A stretch of DNA of 64,000 nucleotides, taken from positions 1 to 64,000 of the forward strand of contig JADIIX010000038.1 of NCBI GenBank assembly GCA_027604505.1. The letters run 5' to 3'. Positions 39,058 through 53,354 of the stretch are shown piece after piece. Under the pieces are notes generated by a model. The model was not told the origin of the DNA and ran no database searches. It saw only the letters and a list, made by a program, of their open reading frames with translations. A program made the position numbers and the translations under genes. The DNA is from Gonapodya sp. JEL0774 (taxonomy: Eukaryota). The number at the start of each line of letters is the position of its first letter. Within the stretch, counting starts at the first letter, position 1.

Positions 39058-39494
39058 CGAATCGTTGACCCGAGGGGTGTCGGTGTAAAAGTCCCAACAC
39101 ACAGATGGACCGAGTGAAAGCAAAAGACACCCACTCAGCCCCCCAACCCGATAATGAGTCATTCCGTCTTTCACCAAACCGAAAACCAAACAACCAACTG
39201 AAAAATCTTCGTCTTTTCTCTCGTAGTATGTCTAAAGAATAACGACTTCGACTAATACCGACTCGTGTGCAGTACCATTCCACTTGAACTTAGTAAATGT
39301 ATGTACACCGACACTATGTAGCAATCATGTTTCATCTATATTGCCTGATTAGTCTTCAATTGACTCACTCTTCCACTGAAATCTGGGTTTAGTTGTCATT
39401 GGGGCTGCCCGTGGTGGTACCACAGCATCATACTCACAAGAATACACAATCGGATGGGAACCACAAAACTGGAAGCCAAATCAACGATTCGCCA

Positions 39495-41322
39495 ATGGCC
39501 CCCGACGATCCCGCGACATCAATCGCTCTCCACCCAACCCTGGGTCGTGTCGTCGTTGCAAATAGGCACATTTCACTCGGTGAAATCTTTTCCATAGCAA
39601 CCACCACCAGCGCTGGAGAAAAACCTGTAATGACTGTTCCCGGAACAGTCGCCAAAGAGGATCAAGACGATTGTAGGTGGTGGAAACGTGTGTTTATGGC
39701 CGGTGTGGTTGATGTACAATCCGAATATCGTCTCCGCGAAAACGGAAAAGACGCTCGCCTGCTCAAAGTGGTGGTTGCGGTGCTCGCCGCACACCGCATT
39801 GCACCCGCATTCAGACATCCCCCACCAGAAGATGACAGCTGCGGCATCGAGAAAGATTTGAGCTGTCCCATGATGCATCCTGGGGTAACACGGGATGTTT
39901 TGTGGTTCTTCGCGGAGCTGGAAGAAGATAAAAGGGCACGATTCGTGAATTTTGAGTACCCAAAAGATGGATCTTGGTCAGCGCCTTTGGAACAACCGAT
40001 ATTGACATGTTGTGCTGACACGGAATTTCTTTCACAGGATTAATTCCGTGGCTACTTCTCTTGCACAAAAGTGCAAACTCTTTTTGCCAAAGCGTTTCTC
40101 CCGCTTTAGTGATGACGAGCTCGCGGTGGCGATAATGGTTATGTCCACAAACGCTCATGGCACACCAACGGGTGTTGCCCTTTTTGAGAAAGGTGAAACG
40201 CCATTGCAATTAGTTTGGTCCATTTGTATCCAACGATCATTAAGTTTTCATCAGGCTCCAAGCTTGCTCACTCCTGCCGTCCAAATTGCTTACCCTATTT
40301 TGCGCCAGGTTCTAACCTTCTTTCGTACATCGCCCTCCAACCCATACCTTCCGGAGCCCAATGCACAATGTCTTATATTGGATCCGATGATATTGTATGT
40401 ATGGCTTGTTATGGGTGATTGCTGCCATGGATATCAAAACCGATCGCCATCTCACTAGACCTGCGTGTATACCACTCCAATGCGCCGTGCGCTTCTCCTG
40501 CGTACGAAATTTTTCTTTTGCCACTGTGAGCGTTGCGGGGAACCGGATCGACTGAGGGCTATCCGATGTAGTGAATGCAAAGGGGAATGTCTCAGGTGGG
40601 ACACTGAAGCAAACGGACCCAAAGAAGGAGATTATAGCTTGTTGGAAGAGGATGCTCTTCAGAGCGCGTTGAATCAAGGGAGAACTGACTCAAACTCAGA
40701 AGCGCGTCCTGGGTTGATGCAATCATCTGAGTGTGTTCCCACGGCCTCCCAATCCCCCAACGAACCATGGCGTTGCTCGGATTGCCATAAAACATTCCCG
40801 GACACTCATCTCCCTCTCAAACGTGAGCGAGATCTCGGTCGCTCACTGATTTCAATCTCGGAAAATTTCGAAGAGAATTTCGCCTCACCGCTGGCTCGGG
40901 GACCCTTGCGAGAGCTCATGGCCAACATTGAAGCCCTCGCGCTCGAACATCTAGGGTCGAAGCACTGGATATACGCATGGGCATCAATGCTTGGCGGTAC
41001 CATATCCGTTCCCGGAGACAAGACTGAACCCCTCCGTTTGAAAGCATTCCTGGAGTTTATTGATAACCGAGTGGGGCCCGCGAGACCAGATGTCGTTGTA
41101 AAATATCTCGTGGGAATGGCGGACAGGCTTGAGCGAATTGGTATGAAGGGTGATCTCTCAATTTTAGCCGCAAAGTACACAAATTGGCTTAAGGAGCAAT
41201 TTGTGGGACCTGGGACAAGGGCGAGGTGTGAAAAGGTGATGAGAATGGTGGATCACATGTACAACAGCTCAAAGCAAATGGAACGGGCTAAAACGAAGAG
41301 GGGAAAGACTGCAGTTCGATAA
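39495..41322 (+). CDS. SET-domain lysine methyltransferase (SMYD-like); multi-exon
   Basis: HPTLGRVVVANRHISLGEIF, TNAHG..GVALFEKG|SKLAHSCRPNC, SYIG, RRALLLRTKFFFCHCERC post-SET, CSEC...WRCSDC. Confidence 0.85.
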
Positions 41323-41448
41323 CATCTTTAGATTTCGAGGAATTACACTAATGCAGCCTCTTGTACAAAACTTTGAAAATCAAGTGAAAGCAAAACGCTC
41401 ATTCACAAAAATGTATATAACCCCCCTTTCATATCCTTCTTCATTCCC

Positions 41449-44400
41449 TCAGCAAGCACAATCATTCCCATCTTCCCCTTCCTCCCCATCTGAAACCCTC
41501 TCCAATGCATCCAACCAGGCCCAATAAACCATGGATTTCACCCCCAACCTGTCTTCCCGTCTCAGGTGCCCGCGGGGCAACCTCCTCGCGACCTCCGCCT
41601 GCTCCAAGCACATTCTTACACATCTTGGACTCACGTAGTCCATCGCGACTTTGATGCAACTGCGCACGTTGCAAACCTGATGTGCCCATCCTGCGGGAAC
41701 AATGACAGCGTCCCCAGGCCGCTGGTAGATCCGAAGCGAGCGTACATTGTGCGTCATCGCAAGCTGTTGAAGCATTGGGCTTGTTAGGTAAACCCCCTGG
41801 TCATGGATCGCCATACCTGTTGGCCTCGCCTTACGTGCTTGACTGGAAGATAAAGAAGCGGATGCCCACATCTTCTTTCCCCCACCTCCCAACGCCAACT
41901 CCTCCATAAACGCCGACAAACCGTCCAAACACTCTGGTGCAAACAAATCCCAAACTGCTGCCGTCTCAACGGGCATATCCTCAGGCGGAGGATCCGGGCG
42001 ATTGGGGTTGAGCATGGGACCATCCAGCGAGTAGCACAGAATGTTGATGGCATCAGCCATGTCCCAGTGGAGGGTGGTCGTACCGAATCCCTCGGACCCC
42101 ATGACAGATGCATCTGTCGGAGATGGGCCAAGCGGCGGGCTCAATCAGCTTGGTACAACGAAACTTCAAGCGGCAAAGCGCCGCGAACAGATGTTAACTC
42201 ACATCCAATATACAATTTAGGTCCCAGATCGACACCGACCTCCCATCCAGGTAGTCTGCTCGCCAGATTCCATGCACCATCTGGATGCGTTACGGGCTTG
42301 AACGGCAAGTTAGCCATCAAATCCGCATAGTGTCTCGGGAATTTCTTCGAAAAGTGTTCATCCGTGGGCCAGTCCTGCCATGCAGTACGCCGTGAGAACT
42401 CTCCACTCGTAGAAGCATGATGGGATCATACCTTAATTTTTAGCACCTTCAATGACTCGGCATTCTGGGTCGCTTGGCCAAAGCCCTCAAAGAAGTCTTG
42501 CACACTCATCTCTGTTGCGGCACCCGTGGAGCATTCCACCACGCACCCGATTTCCGCTCCATACATGCTGCAGAACGTTTCGGGGCGCCATAGTTCCGGA
42601 TCCAAAAATACAGAGGGCACGACGACGGGTTTGGAAGGACCGGCCAGGGTGGTAGTTGTTGGCACAAGCATGTGTGTAGGACCGTGGCTCCAAGGGGAGA
42701 TGGGAAGCGCGGTCGTGGAGACCTCCTCCGACTCAGATGGCGCGATCCATCCGATACTCATTTTGCCTTCGTGAACAATTTGGCTCAGTTCCTCCCGAAT
42801 CTCGTTCGTGCAGTCCGGCTTGTCTTCCATGGCATCGGCTCCATCACACATCCTCCACGCTTCCTCAATATGCCACACTGGCACCTTCGTAACGCAAACC
42901 CATCTCCCGTTATGACTCTTCCCCTTGCAACCCTTCCCAGTCAGAGTGACGCCGCCTTCTCGGGCTCCCCAGCCCCGTTCCTCCACACATGCCACGCACC
43001 ACTCGGCTCCGCATCCAGCACAAACCCACCAAAGCGCCCAGCAGCCCGCCCCGCAAGCATCACAAAGAGTCCTTGTGCACGGACCAGGCCTCGGAACAAC
43101 TTCGGCCCCGGCAATCCTGACCCCTTCCAGTGTGCTAATTACTGGCTTGAGGATCTGTTTCACATACGGTGCCAGCTGAAGTGCCAATAGTGAATGGTCC
43201 GAAGCTGTTGCGAAGGGACGCGGATGCGGGTTGAGGGGGTTTGTTGGCTCGAGAGTCGGATCGTACCACCAAGCATGCTCAGGTGGAGGTGGCAGGTGGG
43301 AGAGTGAAGGAGAAGACAGTCTCTGATTGGAGACTCGGAAAGAGCGGAGGCCTTTCGGTAAAATAAAATTTGTGTTAACTCAGACGGATCTCATCCGCTA
43401 GCACACTTCCACCGGTCCTGCAGTTATCGTTCACGTACCTTTAAACCGACATCCATCTCCTGTCTGCCTGCCGACACACGCTTTGCATCTCTCAAAGCTT
43501 CTGTATCGCGAACTGTTACACGTGGCACCCTGCGTCTCCCAAATCTCCATTTCGTCGGGGATACATTTCGGTTCTCTCGGACACTCTTCGGAAGAATCAG
43601 AGATCTGTTGGGAATCCGATATTGGCTTCACGTATCCGCGCGAATCCTCAAGCTTCTTGCTAGCGACGTCTAATGGGTACGGGTATAATCTCCCAGGAGA
43701 GGGCCAACCCCAGGGTGGAATCACGGGATCCTGCGATGATTGACGTGAGTTCTCCTGTTTTGCATGGACGGTAGAATAAGCTGTGAGGGAAATGTCACCG
43801 ACGGACACAAATACAAGCCTTACCTCGGCTATGTGTAATCCGTGGGGATCAAGACCTCGATCGAATTTATTGGTCGGTCTGGGCTTGCGCTTCACCTTTG
43901 ACTTCGACTTCTTGGTGTTGGAGGTATCGTCTAGCCCACCACTATTGCCTCCTTCGATGCGATCCGTAACTCCCGTGTCACTCGACCCCGGTTCCAAAAT
44001 ATTCACATCATACTTCGGAAGGACGGGTTCTATACACTCCCCAGATGACTCAGTAGATGGGACTGTGCTAGTGGCATCCTGCGAAAGCACCACGTCCACA
44101 AACCACGCGAGACGATCGGGACACATCATTGGGGATACAAAAGCTGTTTGACTGGAGACAGGCTTCTGATCAAACGTTGATGAGTGGCGAAGAAGTTCCG
44201 TATGCGCGTACAGAGGACCAGGCCCCATCGGATGTTGAGGCCAGTGCAACGCCGGCAGCGATTGCTGTTGCCTCGAATGCCATTGGATTTCCGGTTGGTG
44301 GTGGAGTAGGGGATGGTGAAACATCTGTGCGGGAGTTGGCGCGAGGTGTGCATAAGAATGAGAGTGCCCGAGTGAGGGTGCGGGCGATGGTGCAATCTGC

Positions 44401-46445
44401 GAGAAGTGCGAGTTGGGTGGGAGTGGCGGCAAAGAAGGTGCGGGAAGTATAGGGAGAGATGGAGAAGCCACACGATCTGATTGAGAAAGAAAGACGGGAG
44501 GTACCGGTTCAGGATCGAGGTGGGTCGCTGACATGGAAGAGGGAATGGATTCTGTGTTCTCGAACATCGAGGAGTCTGTCATTGCTGCTGTAGGTGGAAG
44601 GCGAACTTCGGCGATCGTAGAGGTAGTAATGGACAGGGTCTCGTCTGCCGAAACTGGGTCCCTCTGCTTGCTTCTCCTAGCTCCTGCCTTCTTTCTGCTG
44701 CTGGCGCCAGCACCGCCCCCTGGCCGCTTGGCGACAGACAAATGTTGAAATACCTGCACAGGGCTTGAAAAATAAGTCCGCGAATGAGCAACGGGCACAC
44801 GCTGCTTGTCGATGAGGACCACTAGCGGGGCAACAGTGTCAACATCGTTTTGGCCCTCCTCAGAGTCAAAATGAATAACCACGGGTGATGACTCAGACTT
44901 GTCATTCTGACCATTGCAAGCTGGGGGCACAAGATCACCCTGGGCCCGCGTGTGCTCGTCCCTCTCAACTTCCGCCCCCAGTAGCTGGTGCTCCTCCACC
45001 GTAGCCAACTGTGCACCTATGGCCATGCCAACGCCAAAATCTATGTTCATGCCCGGCTCAGCAAATAAAGCCGTAGTCGGCACCTCTGGAAAGCCTGGGT
45101 TCCCTGAGAACGGCCGCTCGACGAATGAGGAGGTTGGATGGATGTTGGGGGGAACAAGAGCATCTGGTTCGAAATCCTCTGCCTGGGCCATTTCAACGTC
45201 AGCCTCCCCGTCCAAATCTATGTCTACATCAATATCCACCCCACGAATCCCTGCGCTCGGGGGACTTGGCGATTCACTTTCTCCTTCAATATGGACGGCC
45301 AGGTCAGAGTCAACAGATGGACCAGTCACCTCCTCCCCGTCACCTTCCACATCCACGTCCTCGTCCGCTTCAGCTATAAGTCCGTCTTCCTTCTTTCCGA
45401 GCAAGGAGATTTTCGGCGGCAAGTCATGTTCCAGAGAAATAGAAGATTTGTGCCTGGGGGTAATTGTGGGACCCACTCTTACCACCGGCACTCGTGATCT
45501 TGTGCGAGACCCATTCTTTCTACCAGCATGTGGCTCCTTCCCATGTCCTGCCGACACCGATAAAGATAGTGTGCGAGTGCGTGCAGCAGCGTGTGCAGGG
45601 GCCGTGGGTGGTGCAGCAGCGGATGAGGATGAGGAAGAGGCAAGACTGTCAATAGAGGCGCGTGGAACGCGCGAGGGAGACGAGGTAGAACGGGTCGGTG
45701 CAGCAGACGGATTCGAGAGGGTTCGTCGGCGCTTCGGGGATGGAAGCCCTGGTAAAGTTGCGCCTGAAGCTAGAACTGCGGCAACGTCTGAGGAGAGACG
45801 TTTTGTAGAGGAACGGGGTTGAGTGGGAAAAGAAGATGGCATCACTGGTGAAAGTGGGGGAAGACGAGGTGGGGAAGGAGGGGATAGCTGAGATGCTTTC
45901 TTCCGGTGGGAGCGGTTGTTGATGCTCTGACCAAGAGCAACGCTTTCCTCGCGGGCCCGACTACCTCTCAACGAGTCCGACTCGGGTCTAATCCTTGATG
46001 AGGATGCGCGGTTGACGGAACCAACTTCAATCGCACCCACTCCATTCGACTGGTGGATAAGTCCGCCCGGAACTGCTCTAGCGCCGCGGTCCGCGCCACT
46101 AGCACCACGTCTGCGGAGTCCATAGTCCTGTTGCGCCAGGAGAAGAGCCAGTAATCGGTCCGCCTCCATCTGCTCGTTGGCCCGTGTCTGCGCAAATCCG
46201 GCGCTGACTCCTTCCGCGGCGAGTTCTTCTTCCACTGCATCCTGTTTTATTTCCACAGACGAGGTGGTTTCTCTGTTCTGGCTGAGTGCTCCCCCGGACG
46301 TCGTCCCAGTTCGCAAACTCTCCGAGTTCGCCTCCAGGATGGACGCAAGAGCTCGCGGAACCTCTGAATCCTGGCCGGAAACAGGCTCTGTCACTATTCC
46401 TGCTACTGGAGTGACGTCTCCGCCGCCTCTGGACGTTCCTAGCAT
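41449..46445 (-). CDS. JmjC histone demethylase, KDM3/JHDM2 family; multi-exon
   Basis: CKAC...CRF and CDAC...WVCAGCGAEWCVAC Cys clusters, LKIK|DWP, WNLASRLP, VDLGPKLY, TTLHWDMADAINIL (HxD), AVWDLF, AIHDQGVYL, QRPGDAVIVPAGWAHQVCN..SCIKVAMDYVSP. Start (MLGTS) inferred. Confidence 0.92.
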
Positions 46446-46826
46446 GTGGTCCCGATATGCGAAGAAAGTGGTCAGAGTGGTGATACAGTCACGCCCCACG
46501 GCTTTGTACTCGGCAGTCAACACCAGGCACGTTCGTCTTTCCACTGGGTGAACAAGTCGGGAATATCTCAATATAGTAACACACCAGATAGCTATGTTCG
46601 ATTTGTACACCTCCACAGTGTAGAAGTCTGTTTCCACAGGTTCAATGCGAGAACACGAAAAAAATATCTCTCACAAAATTGGATCAAACAATTTCGATTT
46701 ATCACTTTTCCCTATGTTCTGTGTCGACCAATTTGCGAATTTTGTGGGGTGAGGCAGGGGCCAAGAATATCATCGATAACTTCTATTCATTACACCGGGT
46801 CCTTGCTACTCTGATCTACGTCAGCA

Positions 46827-49800
46827 ATGGCGACACCAGAGGAAATGGCGCAGTACATGGAATTGAGGGTAGCGCTCAAGAACTGGGAGAAGGAATGGAC
46901 CACACGCCATGGTGCGTTGGAGATTTGATATACACTGAGCATTGCTGGGGCGATTGTCTCTCAATGAGCGTAGTATCACGCTAACCTGAAGCCGAACATG
47001 AATACTTTTTAATGCTCTCGTGATGGCTTGCATCTTTTCGCCGAATGGGTGGTCTCCTCTTCGTGAACCTTGAATCTTATAAATCGGCACATATTTCTCC
47101 TTGATTTGACGGAACCTCCTTAATTTCTGCACGTCTAGGCACCGTGCCGGACAAAAGCAACGTGCCGCCACATCTGAGTGAGTTGCTTGTGGGGTTTGGA
47201 ACTCGAATCAACTCCAATGCACCCTCGTTTGATCGAAACTGGTGACTGATTCTGATGCGGGACAGTCCAACCGTATCGCACATATACGAGACTTCGTAAA
47301 ATAGTAAAAGCCACAAGAGCAAATCCCCCGTCTGCCGCTTCGCCGCCCACCCGCGATTCACAGGCAAGAACCCCAATATCATCCCGCATTCTCTACACCC
47401 GCTCCCCATTCACAGAAGAGTCGCTCCGGAGACCAACTCGTGCACCGCTTCAAGCTCTTCTGAACAGCAATGGGAAGCCTCTTTCTGGGCCGCAAACGGC
47501 GTCGTCCCAAGGCCGGAGTAAGGTGGTTAGTCTTGCAGCAGTAACTGGTACTCCCTCGAGCGATGCCTACAAAGATGATGACGTCGTCGAACCGACCCCG
47601 GCTCGGCCTAAGCGAGCAGACGCACAATCGATGTTGCGACTGGACAAGACACCTTCAAAGACGAACGCACACACGGATCTTGCTCCTACTCGGACCCCGA
47701 AAACGACATTGCTCTCCATTGCCGCTGTTTCTGCCAAGGCCTCATTATCCGCACAAGTTATTCCTACGTCAGAAGTTGAACCAGACAATGGAGAAGATGA
47801 TTTCCGTTTCAACTATGCCTGGACTGCCAATGGGAAGGCGTTCTCACCCTCACCGCCTATCGCCCCACCTCCTTCCCCGATATACGCACCACCACCGCCT
47901 CTCGCAACCTCCGGTCCTCTTGGGGCTCACATCAATAAAACAATGTGGTTACCTGCAGAGAAAGGTGACGTGGAGATATTCAAGGACAGGGACGTGGAAC
48001 CGATAGGCGCAGATCAAGATATGATGCATAGTATGAGCCACATCTCGCCTCTGTCAGGTGAGGATGTGGAAGTTCGGAGGAACCATTTGGGCGGGTATGT
48101 GCCTCCCTCATTGAATGGAGCGCGAGTGGCTGTGCAAAAAAGCAATCATTTCACTCTTCAATCTAGCCTCGCCTCGAGTTACCCAGCTACCGCGACTCCC
48201 GCACCGACAATTGCCACATTGGGAGTCCCTTTGTCACCACTGAAATCCGATGCTTTCGATCCTGCCGAATTCCTCATGCCCCATGCCGGCGCTTTCGTTG
48301 GCGGCCGTAAACGCAATCAAGCAGCCTTGCGCCGCTTCGCTACCTCCACATCTTTGGACGGTACCGGAACGGGATTCGCCTTTTCTTGCACGACTCCACA
48401 CAGCGCCAGTGCGGAAGACTTGCTTGTGATCGAGGCCGAATTGCGGGACATGATGGAGCGGGCAGAAAACGCCCAACGGGAGGAGGAAAGGATTGGGAGG
48501 GAGGAGGGAGAGGCTGCAGCCGCTAAAATTGAGCAGAGGGCCATTGCAAGAAGTGCAAAGCGCGCCAGTATGAAAACGCGAACCGGGCCTTCTGGACCTG
48601 TCAAGGAAGGACCAGCGAGTAAGACTAAGAGGGGCGTTGTTGCCAAGCAGAAAGGGAACAAGGAGAAATCTTCTCGAAATGCAAATGTCCCGATGAAAAG
48701 TGATGTTTCCGCTGAGAATGGTGGTTGTCAAGCCCAAGCCCACACTGACGGCGACTCCGAGGCCGATGCTACAAGAGATCCCCGAATTCATCCTCCACGA
48801 CCTAGTTCTGCTGCTAGCTTATCGCCGTTTGATTTTACGGACACGGATGCTGATGATGTGGCATGGGCCGGGAGGTGGGGGAAGGTAAGGGTGGGGAAGA
48901 CGACTAAACCAGCCATCGGGGCCAGCAAGAAAGGAGCGACTGTCCCACTAGGCAACATATCCAAAAAGAAAAAATCAAGAAGGTTGGAGGACAGCGATGA
49001 AGAGGAGGCTGACGAAGTGGGCAGGAAGGAGGACCAGCCTGCTCTGGGAGAAGCAGACAGTGCTGAGAACGGTAATATGGATATGGGCGTTGTTGAGGGA
49101 ATGGAAGCGCCAGAAGGTGGTGACGAAAATGAAGCATATGGAAGCGGGGACGAAAGCGGGAGTGAATCACAAGTGGGTCTCGTGATGTAGCGCATGTTTT
49201 TTGATGAGTACCAACCCATGCCATTAAGGTGTCCGACGTCGATTCCAGTGGAAAGCGGAAACAGCAAAAGGCTGTTTCGAAGAAGAGGAAAGGTGAGGGG
49301 CGAGATGTGCTTACACTGAAATGATCGAGAGTTTTGACACTTTGTGTTTCTGGACAATATAGCATCCGACATCAACGGTGGCGACCAAGAAATTCCTCAC
49401 CCAAAAAAGGTTCGCAAGAACAAGACATCCAAGGTGGTATACGGGAATACCTCTGCAAGAGCGGCCCAAAATGGCGGATCTAAAAGTAGAGGAGGCCCTT
49501 TGACAAGCAACTTCGTATCATTGAAGATGCGGTCGAAACCGTCAGGCTCTGGCAGGGGCAAGACTGGACGAGGAAGGAAATTTATGAATAAGTGAGTCTG
49601 AACGTATGGATAACCGTTATTATTCTCTGCGCTACTCATATCTTCACTGGGTATGGTATGGATTGCCGTGTGTCGGCGCATGGCTCCAGGTCATCTGTTG
49701 GCGCTTCATACTCCACCGCGTTCGTTACCGGTCCGAAAAAGTTATCTGGCCCATTCGAGAATCCCTTTGATGACTCAGAGATTCCGCATGAAGTGCCGTT

Positions 49801-52800
49801 GAAGAAGGGTAGTCTGCAACACCGGACGTGGAACGCGGAGGTTTCCTTTATTGTGGACGGTAGCACTGCTGGATTAGACAGGTTTGTAATGTCACCTGAT
49901 ACTCAATTCAATCCAGAAACTCGACACCTTGTGTTCCACCTTGTGATCCAGCGTGTGTCGAATCACCGAGAAGTTCGTATTCCAAGAGGATGACGGTGTA
50001 GGTGCAAGTTCAGTACATGTTGATCTTGCAAAGGCTCTGCACAACATCGGGGGGGGCTTTGTGGGATTCCGGGCGGGTGCGTGATTCTATGCTGTCTGGT
50101 TGAGCAGCAATTTGCCGTGAGAAAGCTCATCCGTCGGGAACGAACCTAGGTCAACTCGAAGTGATTCAAAAAGTTCTAGAAGGAAAGTCGCTCCTGGCTG
50201 TTATGCCAACTGGTGCGTTTATTCTTCCGTGTTCAGTGCGAGTCACTCCCATATCTCATGAAGGGCACAAATTGAAGGCTCCGGCAAGTCCCTGTGCTTC
50301 CAGCTTCCTGCCTTCATACTCTCCCGCACCCCGAAATTCGGACCATCTCTTACCCTTGTTATCACACCCACCATCGCGCTCATGGACGATCAGATCCGTT
50401 GCCTTCCCATGGGTTTGCGCGGGGCGGCACTGAGCAGCCATGTGAGCCAGACCACTCGGACCGTGTCAGTACGGTCACCAGAGTTCTCATGTTGTTTATC
50501 ACAGCACGATGCGTCGAAAGTTATGGCTAGCCTCCAAAGTGGTGAAATAGACGTTCTGTTTATCACCCCGGAAAGGCTTCGATCGCGGCGGTTCATCGAC
50601 GCGTTGACTTCAGGTAGATGCCCTAGGGTGCGGTTCGCGTGCATCGACGAGGCCCATTGCATGAGTGAATGGTCGCACAACTTCCGGTAAATTTTTATTC
50701 AACTTTCTGTATCACATCAAGAGCAGGCAACCCTCTTTGACCTGATTCGTTTCTTTCTAGGCCTACGTACCTCCACCTCAATCTGATTCTGCGACAGCAA
50801 TTGAACATCCCGTGCATTCTTGCTCTCACTGGTAGCGCCACATTGGAAGCCCGGAAAGACATTTCGGACATGTTGCAACTGTCAGAAGTGTACGGAGGCT
50901 GTCGAATCAACCCCAACGTGATCCTCACAGCCTCCAAAGAGGAAGACAGGTGAGTAACCCATGGAGAACTGAACTCCAAGTTCCGCTGCTGATATGCTCA
51001 TATGCGTTTTAGAGAGCCGGCTCTTGTCGCACTCTTGCGAGCACCGCACTTTAAAAATCTCGAGGGAATCATCGTTTACTGCATGCGCAAGGTGAGTTAC
51101 GCGCATCGACAAACGAAATCCCATACCCCTTTCTGATCCCCCACCTATGCCAGGACCAATGCGACTCTGTGGCCTCGTACCTCCGAGTCCGCGGGTTCTC
51201 CGCCGACAGTTACCACGCTGGCCGGACTCCCAACGAGCGGACCATCATCCAGAACGATTTCTTGCGGGGGAAACTCAAGGTCATCGTGGCGACCGTGGCG
51301 TTCGGGATGGGCATCAACAAGCCGGACGTGAGAGCGGTGATCCACTACAGTATGCCGAAGAGTTTGGAAAATTACGTGCAGGTTTGTAGCCGTGCAGTGG
51401 TTGTCGCGTCGATTGTTTAAGGACCCCATCCTCCTCGAATGAACGTGTTCCTTTGTGCGAATTGTATTGCAGGAGATCGGCCGTGCCGGCCGCGACGACC
51501 GCACTGCCTACTGCCACATATTCCTCAACCGGGAAGAATACATCAAGTTGCGTAGCTTCGCTTTCGCCGAAACGCCGGACGAAGTGGCCATCGCAGCACT
51601 TGTCCGGGCGATATTTGTCGGTGAGGAAAGCTCTGTTCCGAAGAGGTCCAAGAAATCCAGCTCCGGAAAATCAGCGACGGGGCGAGAACCCAGTGTGAGG
51701 TACCTGAACGTGGACGAGACCGCACTTCAAGTCGACATGAAGAAGGAAGTCGTGGAAACGTTGGTAAGCTACCTCGAACTGGAGGACGATGGCACTTTAA
51801 TCAAGTGTCTCCCAAGTGAGTCGGCACGTCTTCACTTTATTTTTTGGCTGTCATTGTCGCTAAGAAGTTTAATACATGTCGATCCTCTGCGGTCAGAGCT
51901 CAACTTAACCTGCCGCATCCGGTTCACAAAAACCTCCAAGGACGATCTCGCCGCGGAGAACCGGCTCGTTCAGGGGATATTGACATGTGGACGGGAGGAC
52001 AACGGCGCTCATGTGGTCCGACTTCCGGAACTTGCGCAGACCATGGAGGAGAGTGTGGATGATGTGGTGGCAGAGATATACTCTCTCAAGGTAAACAAGG
52101 GTTGGCGATGGCGGTGCTCTTTGAACGTTTCTTGGTTTTGATGAAAGTCCATTTCTCGTTTCGATTCCCCCCCGTTCGCCTTTTTTTCCCCTTTTTTTTC
52201 TCAAGGGCAAGACCGAGGTTTACGCGGAGTTCTCAGACGAGGCCATGCACATCCAGGTACTCCGGCAACTATCCGATATCGAAATGGCACAGCTTACTGA
52301 TAAGCTGGTGAAAAGGTTCGGCAGGTTGGAAACCACAAGAGTGGAGAGGGTAGACCAGGTGTGTGGGTTTGCGTTTCTGCGCAGAGCGGCTTGTTCACTC
52401 GACGACTTTTCCGCTTCGCTCGGATGTAGCTTTACAAGGTCGTGCAGTCCGTCGCGACTGCTACGTTTGGTGAACAGCTGTCCGTGGTTTCGCAACGACA
52501 ACGGATGAGTCCCCCACCATTTTTGGACATCGACTTGGAGGCGGAAATGCACCTCGAGGAAGAGCACGAGCCACACGTCGTTCCTAGCGTCTTGAGCATG
52601 CCACTGGTGGAACAAGTGAATAAGTATTTTGAAGAGCCCAAGGATGAACGTCTGTCGGAAAACGGGAAGCGTATCGTGTCTCGGTGGGGGTTCGTGGATC
52701 CGATCTTGGTAGAGAACCAGAAGCGAGAGTGCGTTTGATTGCTGTCGATTTCTGGCCCTTGTGTCCGTTCTGGCGTGGTGACCCCCCGTACGTTGGTGCT

Positions 52801-53129
52801 CCACTTGCGCTAAAATTTGCAGAGAGATCGACGTGGTCGACGCGGTCAAGGTGCTCGTATGGAGGAACCGGGAGAGAATACGGTCCACCAGAGCTGCGGC
52901 GCGCATTTTGCACGGGATTCCGTCGCCCAAGTATCCCTTGGCTGAATGGTGTGTTTGAACAACGTCTTTTGCAACAGCGTCCGCCTCACGAACCATTTCC
53001 TGGGATATTACCCGTTCTTCTTTCAGGGGTGAATGCAAGCAGTGGGGTAAATACCGGCACTTTAATTTTCGCGAGTTGATGCGGATTGCTCAAAAGGTTC
53101 TTTCGAGTGAAGTCGGTGATGAGCTGTGA
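46827..53129 (+). CDS. RECQL4: RECQL4-type helicase with N-terminal Sld2/Drc1-like domain; multi-exon
   Basis: N-term ELRVALKNWEKEWTTRHG...YRTYTRL; NFVSLKMRSK; FRAG|QLEVI, MPTG|SGKSLCFQLP, ITPERL, IDEAHCMSEWSHNFR|PTY, LALTGSAT, YHAG, VATVAFGMGINKPDVR, QEIGRAGRD; C-term RAAARILHGIPSPKYP...WGKYRHFNF. Confidence 0.88.
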
Positions 53130-53354
53130 TTGTGAGTGACCAGTCGGCAAGGAATCATTCGAAACTACAAAAAGAGCCCCGGAGAAAAACGGAGTCCCTA
53201 GTTATCATAACCTAGTTGTATTTTTCAATCGCGTAGTGGCCGGTGTCATTATTTTGAGAAAACCCGCACCCAAACTGTGATGATATTATTTTGTGAGGTG
53301 GAGGGGGGAACCATGAGGGAGTGGGTTCATTGCCCCCCTCCAGCCAAAGACCAC

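Noticed and set aside
44914..45822. Long antisense ORFs (also 52220-53038 and 56826-57602)
   Set aside because: Shadow frames opposite well-supported genes in GC-rich coding DNA.
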